Source: Xylographa opegraphella
Lineage: Eukaryota
DNA length: 64,000 bases
Reading direction: 5' to 3'
Assembly (NCBI GenBank): GCA_022813865.1
Contig: JALDZX010000001.1
Location: 620,001 to 684,000, forward strand
Shown here: piece after piece, positions 11,701 through 23,965 of the stretch
Layout of the letters: the number at the start of each line of letters is the position of its first letter
Numbering within the stretch: the stretch's first letter is position 1
Position numbers and translations under genes: made by a program
The notes under the pieces: model-generated
Databases searched by the model: none
What the model was told of the DNA's origin: nothing
The model's input: only the letters and a program-made list of their open reading frames with translations

Positions 11701-13385
11701 GCTGTTTTCATCGTCACTAGTGCAACACCGCTACTGCATCTCAGGAAGAGTCCCACCGTGCTATCAGGGTACAACAGGCCTCGTCGCCATTAAAAACGGA
11801 TATCGTAATCCTGCCGGAGGATATGATCTGCCCTTCTGAATGGCATATCTTGACCAGTAGTCAACTAGCCTCTGGGTATGGTACCACGCCGTTGCTCGGT
11901 GAAGCAGGACTCGTTGCCAGGAATGCCGCACTTCTCTGCATCTGATTTTGTTGGCTATCGCCGTAGGGTAGAAAGGGTAATCCAGCTTTGTTCTCTGGTC
12001 GCGCATGACCAGGGACGGTCAACTCACCAGAGATCCTTGTGCAGCGGATGAAGGATCCTACTATTCATGGGTACAGCTCGTGGGCGCCGATCATCCAGCC
12101 GATGATGGTTCTTATCGTTGGTCGATGAATCGTTCTTGAAACCCAATAATAGGCCCGAACATTATAACACTCGAGCGGGAAGGAGAAAAGCGAGATCAAG
12201 GAAGGAAGTATTGGAGAGTAGTTCTGAATAACCAAGACCCACGATCTTGATACGGCTTTGGTGTGACGATGCAAGCCAGTGTGACAGAGAACGTGCAAAC
12301 GCTGACCCGTGTATCGTTGGATAGGCGTACAGCAAAGCGAAGAAATTCAAGCACAACGGGAAGTAGTAGTTCAGGAGGAATATAGGTAGTCCATCACGAC
12401 CAGCCAACAGGCCCAGCGATCACTCCGCACCTTGTCGACGTAAGGACCACTGAAAATATCAATTCAGAGGCTCATCTTCTTTCCGATCTGGGGGCATCAA
12501 GCCATGACCAACCGCACACGGAACGATTCACCGCCTGATCCAGACAAAGGGCTCGCCCCCGGCCGACTAGTGGTCCGTAAGCGAGCTAGCGACTTCAGCC
12601 CCCTGTCACTAGCCACTCTCAACCCACATTGTACGTAGCATGTTCCTCGTTCCTTGATGTAGGAAGTTTTTGGTCGATGGTGATGGTGATGGCGCTTTCA
12701 CTTTTCACTTGTCACTTGTCGCTTGCCACCCATCAATCCGCTGCTATCAGCACCTTCATTCTTCCTTTGCCTTTCACACCTCGACGTGGTGCTGCATTGA
12801 CACCCTTCCCCGTGCGGTAACGAAGTGAGGTGGGAGAGTTCGAGCCGATCTCGATCGCTCGCGTCGGAGCGTACTCATTGTCCTGCTTGGCCACACTTTC
12901 CCCACAAACCCCAACGATAAGACCCGAAAAAACCCTTGACACAAAGCCCGCCATCGTGGAAACTGCTGCTGCAGATCGCGACTCTTATGCCACCAGCCCC
13001 CATCTCCACCCTATTCCCTTTGCCATCCAAACGCAAGACCAGACGTGTGCTCTTCGCCCTTCTTTCTAGCTGCCTCGGACCCAAAAACATAAGCATTCAC
13101 TAGCAATTTCTGACCTACATTCCGCCCTCTCCCCTCCCCCCCCCCGCAGTCGTAAACTTACCGACCACACTAGCAACGCCCAAAAATCTCTGTGCCATAT
13201 AGTCCACCCACCACCAGAAGTCTGCTGCTCACCACCCGGATTTGCTCTCAACCTATGAGTTTGCCATTGGAATTCCGGGGACTACGTTCACGCCTCAGGT
13301 TCGGAGGGGGTGGAGGATTAACTGGACTGCCGCGATTCGAGACTCCATCGACTGCTACGAGAGCCATCCTTTGCTATCCGCAAAG

Positions 13386-15185
13386 ATGACCGAAGTGCTC
13401 ACCATATCCTCACAGCAAGAGGGTATGTTTGGCTCCAGTCCTCTTCGCAAATCAACCTCCCAGACCTCCTTCCTCCACCAGCCCTCGTACCCAAGACCCA
13501 CCTCCAACGTACGATCCGCGGCCGCCTACGGACAAGTCGGATACGATGTGAAACTTCCAGTTTCCGTTCCATCATCTGCACCTTCGTCTCCACGATTACA
13601 GCACCCGGATTTCTCCAATCAGCCATCGTACACATCTACGCCATCGAGTAGCTTATCACTGGATGAGAGCTGTGACCTGGAAGATCACGACGACATACAG
13701 TTTCCGTCCTACGACGACGATTTGTCCCATGGTGAGGATCTCGAACGGCCTCACAGTCCCGATACACAATATTCAGATTATGCCGACCCACGAACACCGA
13801 ATCGGACAGCATCTACTACCTCGAATATCGATGCATACGAGATACCACACACCGCTGGAGATGATTCGGCAATCAGGGTGGAGCCGTCACGGCATGTTGA
13901 TTATTTGTCGCACGCGTGGGAAGAAGAGGATATTTGGTCTTCATGGAGGCATATCGTTGCGAAACGGGGCGTCTATAGTAATAGCTCGCGTCTCGAAAAT
14001 GCTTCGTGGAGAACGTGGACCAAGTCGAAAAACCGACTCAAGACCATATCGCCAGACACGCTGAACTGGTAAGTGGGAGATTCTGGACTGCTCTATATGT
14101 GAGCCTCCTGTCAACCTCGCTGATTATTTGATAGGATGAAGGACCACGATGTAACCTGGCTGTATGGTCCGCTCCAGACCGGGAATAGGATGTTGTTGGA
14201 AGCAGATTCGGCTCCACCCGCGAGCCAACTCTCGAGAACGAATTCGTTTGCTACGAAAAAACCTATCTTGAAGAAGCGGAGCTTGTCAGAGCTTATGCTC
14301 CAGCGGTCCATTTCATCGTCAACGCTGATGAAGCAGGCCATCGATTCCTTGCGTGCTCAACAACCAGGCTATGGGCCTCTCGTCCGGCCCAAACTAGGAA
14401 CACGTGCCTATTCGGATTTTATTTCGGCTCCAAGTCCTATCAGCCCTTCCGAGGTTGCTGCTGGAACACCCTCGGTGGCGGCTTCATCCACGTCTTCGGG
14501 ATTGCAAACCCCTGGCGAAAGACGGCACATCCATTTCAATGATAAAGTGGAGCAGTGCATTGCTATCAATAAGGATCTTGATGATCACGATGATGTTTAT
14601 AGTGCTATTCAGGACGATGACGACTCATCGGACGATGGTGTTATCATGATGAAAGCAGTTCATGGCAAGGAGCGTAAGCTCAGTAACCGAAACACGCCCA
14701 GAGGCAGCTTCAGTCAGGAGAGCAAGACAATTGCGATGCTGCCTTCGACGACATTGAAGTATCGCGCAGACACACCAGAGCCGCCAGAAGATGTGCAAAA
14801 GCAGAGAGGCAGTTTCTGGAATGTAGCGGCCAAGCTCGTTACGTCGCCATCAACAGAGACGTTGAAACCATCAAAACCATCCAGTAATTTTCTTCTGGAT
14901 GATGAGGACGACGATGAAGACATCAGCTGGCAGCCTCAGACGACACCGGCCGGCAGGAGGGACAGTATATTTATCCATCAATCTCGGATGAGCGATTCCT
15001 CCGTCAACGAGGACGAAGACATCGAAGGCCGAGGTCTGCGCAGGACGCCATCGGGAATGTTTATGCCTTACGAAGAAGATGAGGACGACGTCGTCGCTGC
15101 AGGCCTATTCGGCAAAGTGGTTGACACCGTCAACACTGCCAAAGACATTGCCCACGTCATATGGAACGTTGGCTGGCGGAGATGA
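13386..15185 (+). CDS. REG1: Reg1/Hex2-like PP1 regulatory subunit (DUF1752 domain); exons 13386-14068 and 14135-15185
   Basis: PSRHVDYLSHAWEEEDIWSSWRHI..RLENASWRTW..LNW|MKDHDVTWLYGPL, KPILKKRS and the RVxF-like PP1-docking motif RHIHFNDKVEQCIAI. Confidence 0.85.
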
Positions 15186-16031
15186 TCAAGGAGGATTTGA
15201 CGATGTTTGGGACCATACATATGAGTTTCAAGGCCACCCCGTCCGACTGTATTTAGCCTCTTGACCGACAGGGACTATCTCAACACGAGCTCTAGCCCAT
15301 CTTGCATAAAGGCCGCTCCCAATGTTGACCGGCGTTCTACATATTTTGCTTCCTTGCATTCCTGGCAACCGGCCGGGTCCTAATGACGGCGTTTTCACAA
15401 AAATCCGGGCTCGCCTCACGGCCTGGGGGCGGAAGTGGTCGATTCGAGCTCTTTACGAAATATTTTGTTACATAGACTTATCAACTACTGTTCTCGTGTG
15501 TTTTTAATTTCCGAGGGCGGCGATGGCGGATCGGCTCATCTCAATGGCACGGTTATGCGTCCCCCCATCCATGGACGGAGTTGGCGAACACAAGAGGCGG
15601 GTCATACTGGGTGGCTTGGGGAACCATAGCTTAGCTGCTCCGACAGAAATGCTACTCATGCTTCTTTCCAAATCGATCTCTCGTCACGCTCATGTCTTGT
15701 CTAATCCCTACGCCTGTACCACTTTCATGCCCACGGACCTTGCTCCTGTAGTGCTTTTACGAGGTTGATAGCATGTCTGTGGATGTCTTGGGTCTGGTAC
15801 CGCTTCACCCAGCTGGTTGTAGAAAAGGTGTCCCTTTTCTGAATAGACTTGATGAATTACCTCGGGACGACTTACATTTCCTAGCCTCTACGTATTATTT
15901 GGCAGCCGGCTGTTGTTGCACTACTTGACCTCCTCGGGCCGAAAGAGTGCGGAGTTTACCTTGGTCTAGTCCTACCCCAACCGGGCCGATAATTGAGAGA
16001 GCGCACTTCGGCTTCCGCTGGTTTCCGGAAT

Positions 16032-16075
16032 TTGGGACTTGGGGACTTGGGACTTGGGACTTGGGACTTGGGACT
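16032..16075 (+). repeat. Heptamer tandem repeat (TTGGGAC)x6
   Basis: Read directly: ttgggac ttggggac ttgggac ttgggac ttgggac ttgggac. Confidence 0.95.
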
Positions 16076-18943
16076 ACTTTGTCCTTGGCCTGTTTTGGGG
16101 ACTAGGGGTTCGGGGAATAGGAAGTTGTGACTAATTACTCACCGTACTACATCCATGGAACGAGCAGGTTTTTACGTGATGCTCGATATCGCTGCTGGGG
16201 AGGGGGTCCCTGGGTCCGGGGTTGGGGAAACTGGAGTGTATGACGCTTTGGGGGGCCTTTATTTGCCCCTCAGTCCCTCTCAGACGTTGGGCGCACTTAA
16301 ACCAGCGTTTTTGTGTGTTTCCTGTTCGTTTGTCCGAGATATCTTCGGTCTCCGGCCGTGGGTGTGTCGGCCGGTTTTTTTTTGGTTTTTTTTGTTGGGA
16401 TTCGGAATGGGGTTCCGTCTGAGAGCCTGCAGTCGCTTGCTGGCTTTGTGTGGGGCGGGAAAATACCTTGGGTCTCGGATGTTTTGCTTTGAGGGGTTTG
16501 GAGTATGTGGTATCGACCGCGCCTACGTTTTGGTGACGCGGTCGTGGTTTTGTGGTTTTTTTTTTTTTGGTGGCCCTGCTTTTGGGGGGGGGAGGGGGGG
16601 GTTGGTTTCTTCTGTTGAGGATGGTCTTTCGTTCGGCTTTTATTGGGAGTAGGGCTCTTTATGCTTCTTTGGTTTGGAGCGTGGGGACTTGGCTTTGTGG
16701 GTGAGGCGAGCTGGGGGATTGAGGTTTGGTGGTCGGAGGGGGTTTGGTGGGACTGGGCTTGGTGGCGGGTGGCTTGTGGTGGAAGGGATGGTTGGAGGGA
16801 CGGAGGGAGTGATAAGTTTCTTGGTTGGGTTACCAGGGAGGCCAGTCCAAATCCTGAGCTGAGGGAGCAGGACTTTTTAAAGTGTGTGTGCGGCTCTGCA
16901 GAAGATGACCCGTTTTGCAATGGATTATACGCATGGTGTGAACGAGGCAGTCTTGGGGGGTCCAACAGATTCGCGGGACTCGTGCACCTCGGTTGCGGAC
17001 GAAGCCCGTTTTGTATGTTGGTGAGCTGCTCTACTAATACTTTCTTCTCCTTGGGCTCAATCCAAAGAAAATGGGAGTAACCCGAGCAGAGGATTTGCGG
17101 GGGCATCTACCTTTCGTCGTACATATCGATGGGCAGACTAGCTATTGCATTGTCGATCTCCTCTGTATGCGGATTATGTCTTTTCACGTGGGACCACAGC
17201 TATTGCTTATTATTGATCACGTCTCCTTCAGTTCAGCACTCAAAGAGTACAGTCGGACATCCTTCATTGGCTGGGTATATGGCCTAGCCCAGATCCCTCA
17301 GGGAGAACCGCAACCATTGAAGACGAGAATGACATCTACTCGACAAAATGTCCTTGACATTTCTAGGGCCCGGGTACACGAACTTGACAATGTCACGCTG
17401 CATGATGTTTCCGCGTTCGAGGCACGGCCGGAATACACCTCCTATTCTCGCCGTGGGTCGGCGGCAGATGGAAGCCAGGTCAGAGAACTTGCCTTGCTTA
17501 GAAGTTTCCTGAACGTGGATTTCTTATTCTCGCCTGAGCCTCGAGATCTCCAAGAGACAGACGCAGTCAAATTAAATTGGCACTGAGTGGATACCATGTC
17601 CAGCGGTGCCCCATTGCGCGTCCATCAGCTCCAATCTACGGGCCCGCCCATTCAGGTTGCTTGTGCCCAAACAAATGAATGTCACCAAAAGAAAAGAACC
17701 CGATCCCGCCGGCGTCAGCTCCGAAAATGGCGCTACTCTGCCAGATACGAAAATGGATCACGAAGTTGATCGTCGCTACAGAAGTGGACGACGTGAGCCG
17801 TGGGCGTGTAGTCTCCATTGATGTACAGAAAATCACGCTGCAGAGATCGAAGGACCCAGTCCCCATATTCGGCTTCCGGCGCTCTCCACGCTGCCTCAAA
17901 TCTATCAGCACTCTCCCTTTGTATTAGTGAGTGCATAGTCCAGTATTTCCAGCGCCCTTCACGCCTCAGGCCCTTTCGCTCGCGGCACCCTTGCCCGTTG
18001 CATGATAGCGCTTACTCATGCTTATTTCACTCCATTTCCAATATTCATCAACGTGCATTTCTACTCTTTTGGATATCCATTCAATTGTCGCAATGCCTGG
18101 GCTTAATCTGCTCATTTCATGAACTACTTCCTGCTACGAGCGGCTGGCGGTGTATGAGGGATGTTCATCAGATGCCCCACTAAGAAGCGCAGCTCAAGGA
18201 CACACCGCTTGCCCATGTCGTACGCGCAAATGTTACACGCGCCCGCTACGAAGAGACTTGCTAGGGAAAGAGGTTGTTTAGAACGGGCCTCGCTAGAGGA
18301 TGGTTACCTTATCCAGCGGAAGGTCTTCCCGACTAAGGAAGTCCACTATGGGAAGACCTCACTAGAGACTCATATACTTCACTGGAGAAAGATCTCGCTG
18401 CTGAAGAAAGACCTCACTTCTGAAGAAAGAGCTCGCGGCAGAACTTAGCTCAACCGGCGCTAGATCGAGCTACGCTGAGCTGCTCGTTTTGTACGCTAGC
18501 TCAGCTCAACTGTAGGACAGAGCTGTGCTACTCTATGCCTTTACGGCTTACAAGTGAGCTTAGTATAGTACTATGCTGAGCAATTCCATCAGCATGTTTT
18601 GATCTGGAGCCACCCAGCTCCGTTCGAGGTCTCGGAGCTCGGTGGCTCCGCCAGTGAGAAGCATGCAAAGTCGCCGTGGAAAGAGCTTGATATGGAATAG
18701 ATCGCTTTGCGAAAAACCATGGCCGTGGAGAGAATTCGCTGTGGAGGAGTCTCGGTGCGAAAAGCTTCTACTGCGAAATGACTCTGCTCCTGAAGGATCT
18801 CGCGACGAAAAGGTCTCGCTGCAGTAGGAGCTCGTTGTCACGCCATAACGCTGTCATGCCTGACAATACATTACATTTATGATCCAGCTTGCTTGTCACA
18901 AGGCTCCGACAACCAGACGGCAGACATCCACAAGAAACCCGCC

Positions 18944-18952
18944 ATATATAAG
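18944..18952 (+). promoter_or_regulatory. TATA box of the secreted-protein gene
   Basis: ATATATAAG about 110 nt upstream of the ATG at 19059. Confidence 0.55.
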
Positions 18953-19058
18953 TCGGGACTATTATCCCACTTCCAACAATTTCACCTTCAGTCAACTTGA
19001 AAGACTCTTATACATCGACTACCCCTGATATCACTTAGTCGTCTTCAATACCCACAAC

Positions 19059-19931
19059 ATGAAGCTCTTTACGACTCTTGCCGTAGCAACTTTGGGCTTC
19101 GCCGGCATGGTCACTACTCCTCAATCGAGGTTCTCCGATACCCGCTGATCAGGACCACAGATCGAGGCTGCTGCTATCAGTGTCCGAAACGAGGCGGCGG
19201 GGATGACTTACGTCGGCCCCATCACGCCCGGTGGACCGAATGTGACGTTGGTGGGAGATGCCACGGTAAAGAACCGTCTGCTAGCTCTCGTTTCCGACCC
19301 GAAACTGATGCAGCCAAGGATATCTACAACCAAATCGTCGTGCTGAACCCAGCATTCAATCCCGACGACTTCGAGATCGTGCAGAAAGCGAAGGCCAAGA
19401 GAGATTTCAACGAGCTTACCAAGCGCTCTCATGTAATTTTGCAATGTCAAGGTCATAATTCGCTCTCGCTGATCCATTTTACCCCCTACAGAGCGGCTGC
19501 TGCGGGTGCAACAACATTGTCGGCGAAGCCTATGTCAACGCGGCAGACACCATCAACAGCGCCAACAGTCTCTACCAGTTGCCGGGCGCTTGTTACTCGT
19601 CCCAGGGTACGGCGTACAACCGAATGGCGTGCACCAACCACGCCGGAGCCTTCATCGCAAGCCCGGTCAGTCCCTTGCCCCCTTTCCCAATCGATCGCGT
19701 GACACCCGCAACAGAGACACGATTCAGTAGCAGTCCTTCGGAAATCGTTCAAGCCGCTAACGGTTGCGGCATTAGTCCGGAGGAGCCGAGGGGAGTTCTT
19801 GCACCGTGGTCGCCCAGTATGTCTTGGATATCGTCGCGAGCTGCGCCACTTTTGCCGGCCGAAACTACGCTGCAGTCGAGGGGCAGATCTGTGACAGCGC
19901 CGGCTACTGTGTCATTGTCTCTCAATGCTGA
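19059..19931 (+). CDS. Small secreted cysteine-rich protein (199 aa, effector-like); exons 19059-19109, 19161-19265, 19319-19432, 19492-19665, 19776-19931
   Basis: Signal peptide MKLFTTLAVATLGFAGMIEA, a pro-region ending in KR sites (AKAKR, LTKR) and a mature domain with 10 Cys ending ..GQICDSAGYCVIVSQC*. Four GT-AG introns, all phase 0. Confidence 0.85.
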
Positions 19932-21691
19932 GCGTCGCGAGTCTTTTGGGTGACGACTTCGGCGGACACGGTGCGCAGGGAGCCTTTTTTCTCAGGCGAG
20001 GGGGCGGTTTTGCTACCTGGAGAAGTCATTCTGCGAAGAGTACGGATTTCAGCAGACTCGATGGATTGAAGTGAAGGATCAGGGTGGTGGGTGGCAAAAG
20101 TCGGTGCCGCGATATATTCGTTTCTGGTGGTGATTGGTGTTTGCAGGTGGAAGTCTTTTGATAGTGAATGCCCTACGCTACTGCCTACGGCTCGACCTTT
20201 ATAAAAACAAAATTCGAACCGCGGCTTTTGCTGCGATGTAGCTTTTGGAAATTTACAGGAAATCTTCCTGATTGTGCGTGCTTGCCACAGAAGTATTCAC
20301 ACTACAGCCGACGAGGTAGGCAATGTCAGCGGACAGCTCTAATGGCGAACAGCTCACCAAAAGAAGTATGTAGGAGATTTCCATGAGCTTGAAGATTGGT
20401 CGTTATGACAAAAGAATATGAGTAACGATGTCTTCAGCATCTGTGAGGACATGGGGGTTCCCGGAATGAATTTCAACTTTAGCATCGTAGGTTTAGTTGC
20501 ATTGACTCAGCGGGACCCACCTTAGTCTATTCATTCGGGGTATTCGATCTAATGTATTCCATTGAAAACATTATCGGAATTGTGCTTACTGAAATCTCGG
20601 TCCATAATCTTCAAGAGAACATCGGTGTCAGATTAGTCAGAAGTCGACCTTCAGAAAGCCACGTTACACAAGACGTATACACGTTAGCAGTGAGTGCGCA
20701 ACTAGGGGATAATAGTAGGGTTCAGATGCAGGGTACATTGGGTAGTCTGATATGGTAGGATTTGCCTTATTCAATCATCCTCGGTATCGTCTGCCATGGA
20801 AAATCAATGCCATATTCCGGCCAGGACCGCTTTCAAAATAACCCCTACACAAGGCAGATAAATATGACGACAGCAGATAAGAAAAAATTGGTAATACACC
20901 ATGTACATTAATTTCAGGAATGTAACACGATGCATAACGGCAGAGATCGGCACACCTTTTCTTCGCTTCGAGAAATGTAGTGAATCATTCAAATCCGATT
21001 GCAGAAGATTTCAAAGATCAAACTGGCCTCCTAATAGTCAGTATTCGCGAGATCAATTGGAATGACAAGATTATGGTCGAAATAAATTAGGGGATTATGT
21101 GTATCATCATAGTCTCGCTCAGAGCCATTGGATATCCGTGATCTTTTTCAGCATTTATATTGAACCTGAGAGCTACACTCTCTGTTAGCAATACGGCAAC
21201 ATGACAGATAAAGAGAGTAAGCTGGTCAAGTGCAGTCCAGCAATGGTGGTACGAAGCCGTGATGTCGCATATTGACAAAGATGAAGATACACGGAAGAGA
21301 ATAGCCCAGATCCCAGCTCATTGGAATTCCGATCTCAGGAGTGACGATCGTCTTTGCCACAAGAAGTCATTGGCTCGGGACGGCTTCATGTCGGCCTCAA
21401 TGTAAGGTGTCTGCTGGGTAGGTACCTAGGTCTTGTAAGGCTGTAACCTCCAATCTATCTAGACTAGACTAGACTACCTTACCTAGGACTAGTCAAGCGG
21501 ATTCTAGAATCGCCGATATTCCGGTCGCGCTCCGCGTCTTCCCTACTGTCGATCACATTTGAGATCAATACAGTTGTTGCTATTGGCTCAAGCTGTGCCA
21601 TTGAGCCTCGAATACAACCAGTAAGCTCTGGAGGAGGATGAAGACTACAGCTTGACGGCGACCGAGAAGGAGCCAGTTTGTGTAGCTTACG

Positions 21692-23965
21692 ATGGAAGGG
21701 GTCGAGGTGTCTACGCTGGTGGAGAGACTAGGCAGTGACGAAGATGCTGTACGAAAGATGGCCGTATTCAAGCTGCAGTCCAGCATTGGAGATCCATCCT
21801 TCGCAGACGTTTTTATTGCTGAAGGGGGCTTGACAAAGCTCCGGTACCTGACATTGAACGCCACGGGGAACACTTTGGCATATTCGCTCACCTCCTTCTC
21901 CCGCCTGCTCGAAGTTGACAAAGGATGGGAATTTGTCAACCAAGAGTTGGTCAAGAGGGTGAGCTAAGCCACAATATACGTTCTTCAATAACTGACATTC
22001 ATAGGTTGTGGAACTTGTCGTTACTCATCCTCTTGTCAACATCCTTCGTGGAGCGATGTCCATACTGGTTGCCGTGGTGTCGCATCCCCATACCTCAACG
22101 ACCAGAACTACTCAACCTCATGCATTTGGTTTTCGGGCTCTGAGACCAGCCATTGCTGAGTATCCTCAGTTTCTGGAGATGCTTGTGAGCAGGCTCTCTT
22201 CAGCAGACCACGCTCTCTGCACGAATGCTCTGCAATTAATCAACTCTCTCATGCGAGACGCCATCACAAATGGTGCCGATCATGAGTGGCCTAAATTTAT
22301 CAAGCGACTGCAAGATCTAGGGGTTATCAGGGCTGTATATGGGCTTATGCAAGGCACGGCTCTTCAGGATCTTGCACATCCGCTGTTGGAATTTCAGGCT
22401 TTGACAAAAGTCCTTCTGAGGAAGTGGAGGGATGTACCTGTGGAACTCGAGAAACCAGAACATCGAAGGGCATTGAAAGGGATTCATCTGGCAAGCAATC
22501 CCGAAAAAGTACCCGAACAACCAGAAAACGAAGAGGACGGAGGAAAGAGGAAGCACAACCCAGTGAAATGGAGACGGCTAGGCTTCGAGAGCGAGAGCCC
22601 GGCTTGGGAATTCGAAAGCTCTGGATTTCTCGGTATGATGGATCTAGCAGATTTCGTTCGCAAGCACGAGGACAATTTCCAAAAATTACTTCTCGAACAA
22701 TCCACCCAACCATTGGAAGAAAGGTGCCCCATTGCAAGAGCCAGTCTTTCCGTCACAGCTATACTCTATGAACATTTCGAAATCGAGAAATCCGACCTCG
22801 AAGACTCCAAAGGTTACCTCGCCCTTGACTCCCGCGCCAGCATCGACCGCATCTTCAGACCCATGATTTTGCAATGGTCGAAGTTACACACCGCTGGTCT
22901 GCAAGCCTTTCTACGCCTCTGGAAATCCACCGGCGCCGAAAGCGACGACTTCTCAAAAGTGGCAGAGCTGGTCCGCATCCTGCTTGAAGCTGTGGTCGGT
23001 GGCGCGAGCCGTACCAAAGAGATCCAGGAGATCGAAGAAGATCTTGCTAGCTTCGAGTATCAGCGCCTACGTGAATTGCAAATGGAGCTTCTGGAGCTGA
23101 CTCATGAAGACACGTGGGGTCACCATCTGCGGCAAGTGCGGGATGAGCTCAATCACGAAGCGTTGCAGTTTATCAAGGAGCAGCGCATCCGCTGTCTACT
23201 ACAGGGTGCCTGGTTTCCGAACACCGCCCCGTTCAAGCCGGAGACGGGCCCAGTGACAAAAGGAGATCTTAACCGCGTTGCTCCGCCACCGTCAACGTAT
23301 CGGTTTGTGCGGCTGTCGCATAACCGGCGTTGGCTGCACTATGCAGACTTCCCAACCAAGGCTTCGAACGAGCCTAGCCTAGAAGAATTGCCCGAGAAAA
23401 GTAAGTCGTCCTTGCACTCATCTCAAATCGATATCCTATGTAAATTGCGTTATATTGCAATATTGGCTGCCAGCTAACCCCCACCTCACCAGTCGACCTC
23501 ACAACCGTCTCCTCTGTGGTCTCCAATGTCTCCGCCTCCTCCTCCTCCATCACCTCCTCCACCTCCACGCTCACGCCCTCTCCCATCTCCACCACCCGCA
23601 TCACCATCCACGGCTACTTCCTCCCGCCCTCCTCTCCCCATGACTCCTCCTCCGCCCACGCCTCGCACTCGCACTCGCACTCCAAATCCTCCTCCCACTC
23701 TCACCGCAAGGAAGTACCCCTGCTGACGCTCAACCCGTCCACGCACACCCTCGCCTCCGAGTGGCTGGACGGCCTGCTGATGCTGCTAAACCAGCAGCCC
23801 ATCACGTCGGAGACGAACAAGCTGTTGAAGATCGTGGCGGGGTACGGCCTGAAAATCCGGTTGTTGAATGTACGCTTTGAGGAGCTGGGCGGGGTGGAAG
23901 AGAGGGAGGTGCCTGGGCGGGAGGGCGTGGATGAGGAGTATTACTATGATGTTTTTGGGGGGTAG
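21692..23965 (+). CDS. ELMO/CED-12 family protein with C-terminal PH-like domain; exons 21692-21958, 22005-23400, 23493-23965
   Basis: ELMO motifs WRRLGFESESPAWEF..GFLGMMDL and CPIARASLSVT; FIKEQRIRCLLQGAWF; RFVRLSHNRRWLHY; ASEWLDGLLMLL. Canonical introns. Confidence 0.92.

Noticed and set aside
9711..12410. Several 100-205-aa ORFs in the large intergenic region
   Set aside because: They overlap in many frames, contain no motifs and give no convincing splice structure.
16032..16075. Interstitial telomere or telomerase-RNA template
   Set aside because: The unit is TTGGGAC, not TTAGGG, and I found no TAACCCTAA template elsewhere in the window.
17071..17769. Two abutting in-frame ORFs separated by one TGA
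   Set aside because: The stop is followed by G (not a leaky context) and the translation is not protein-like.
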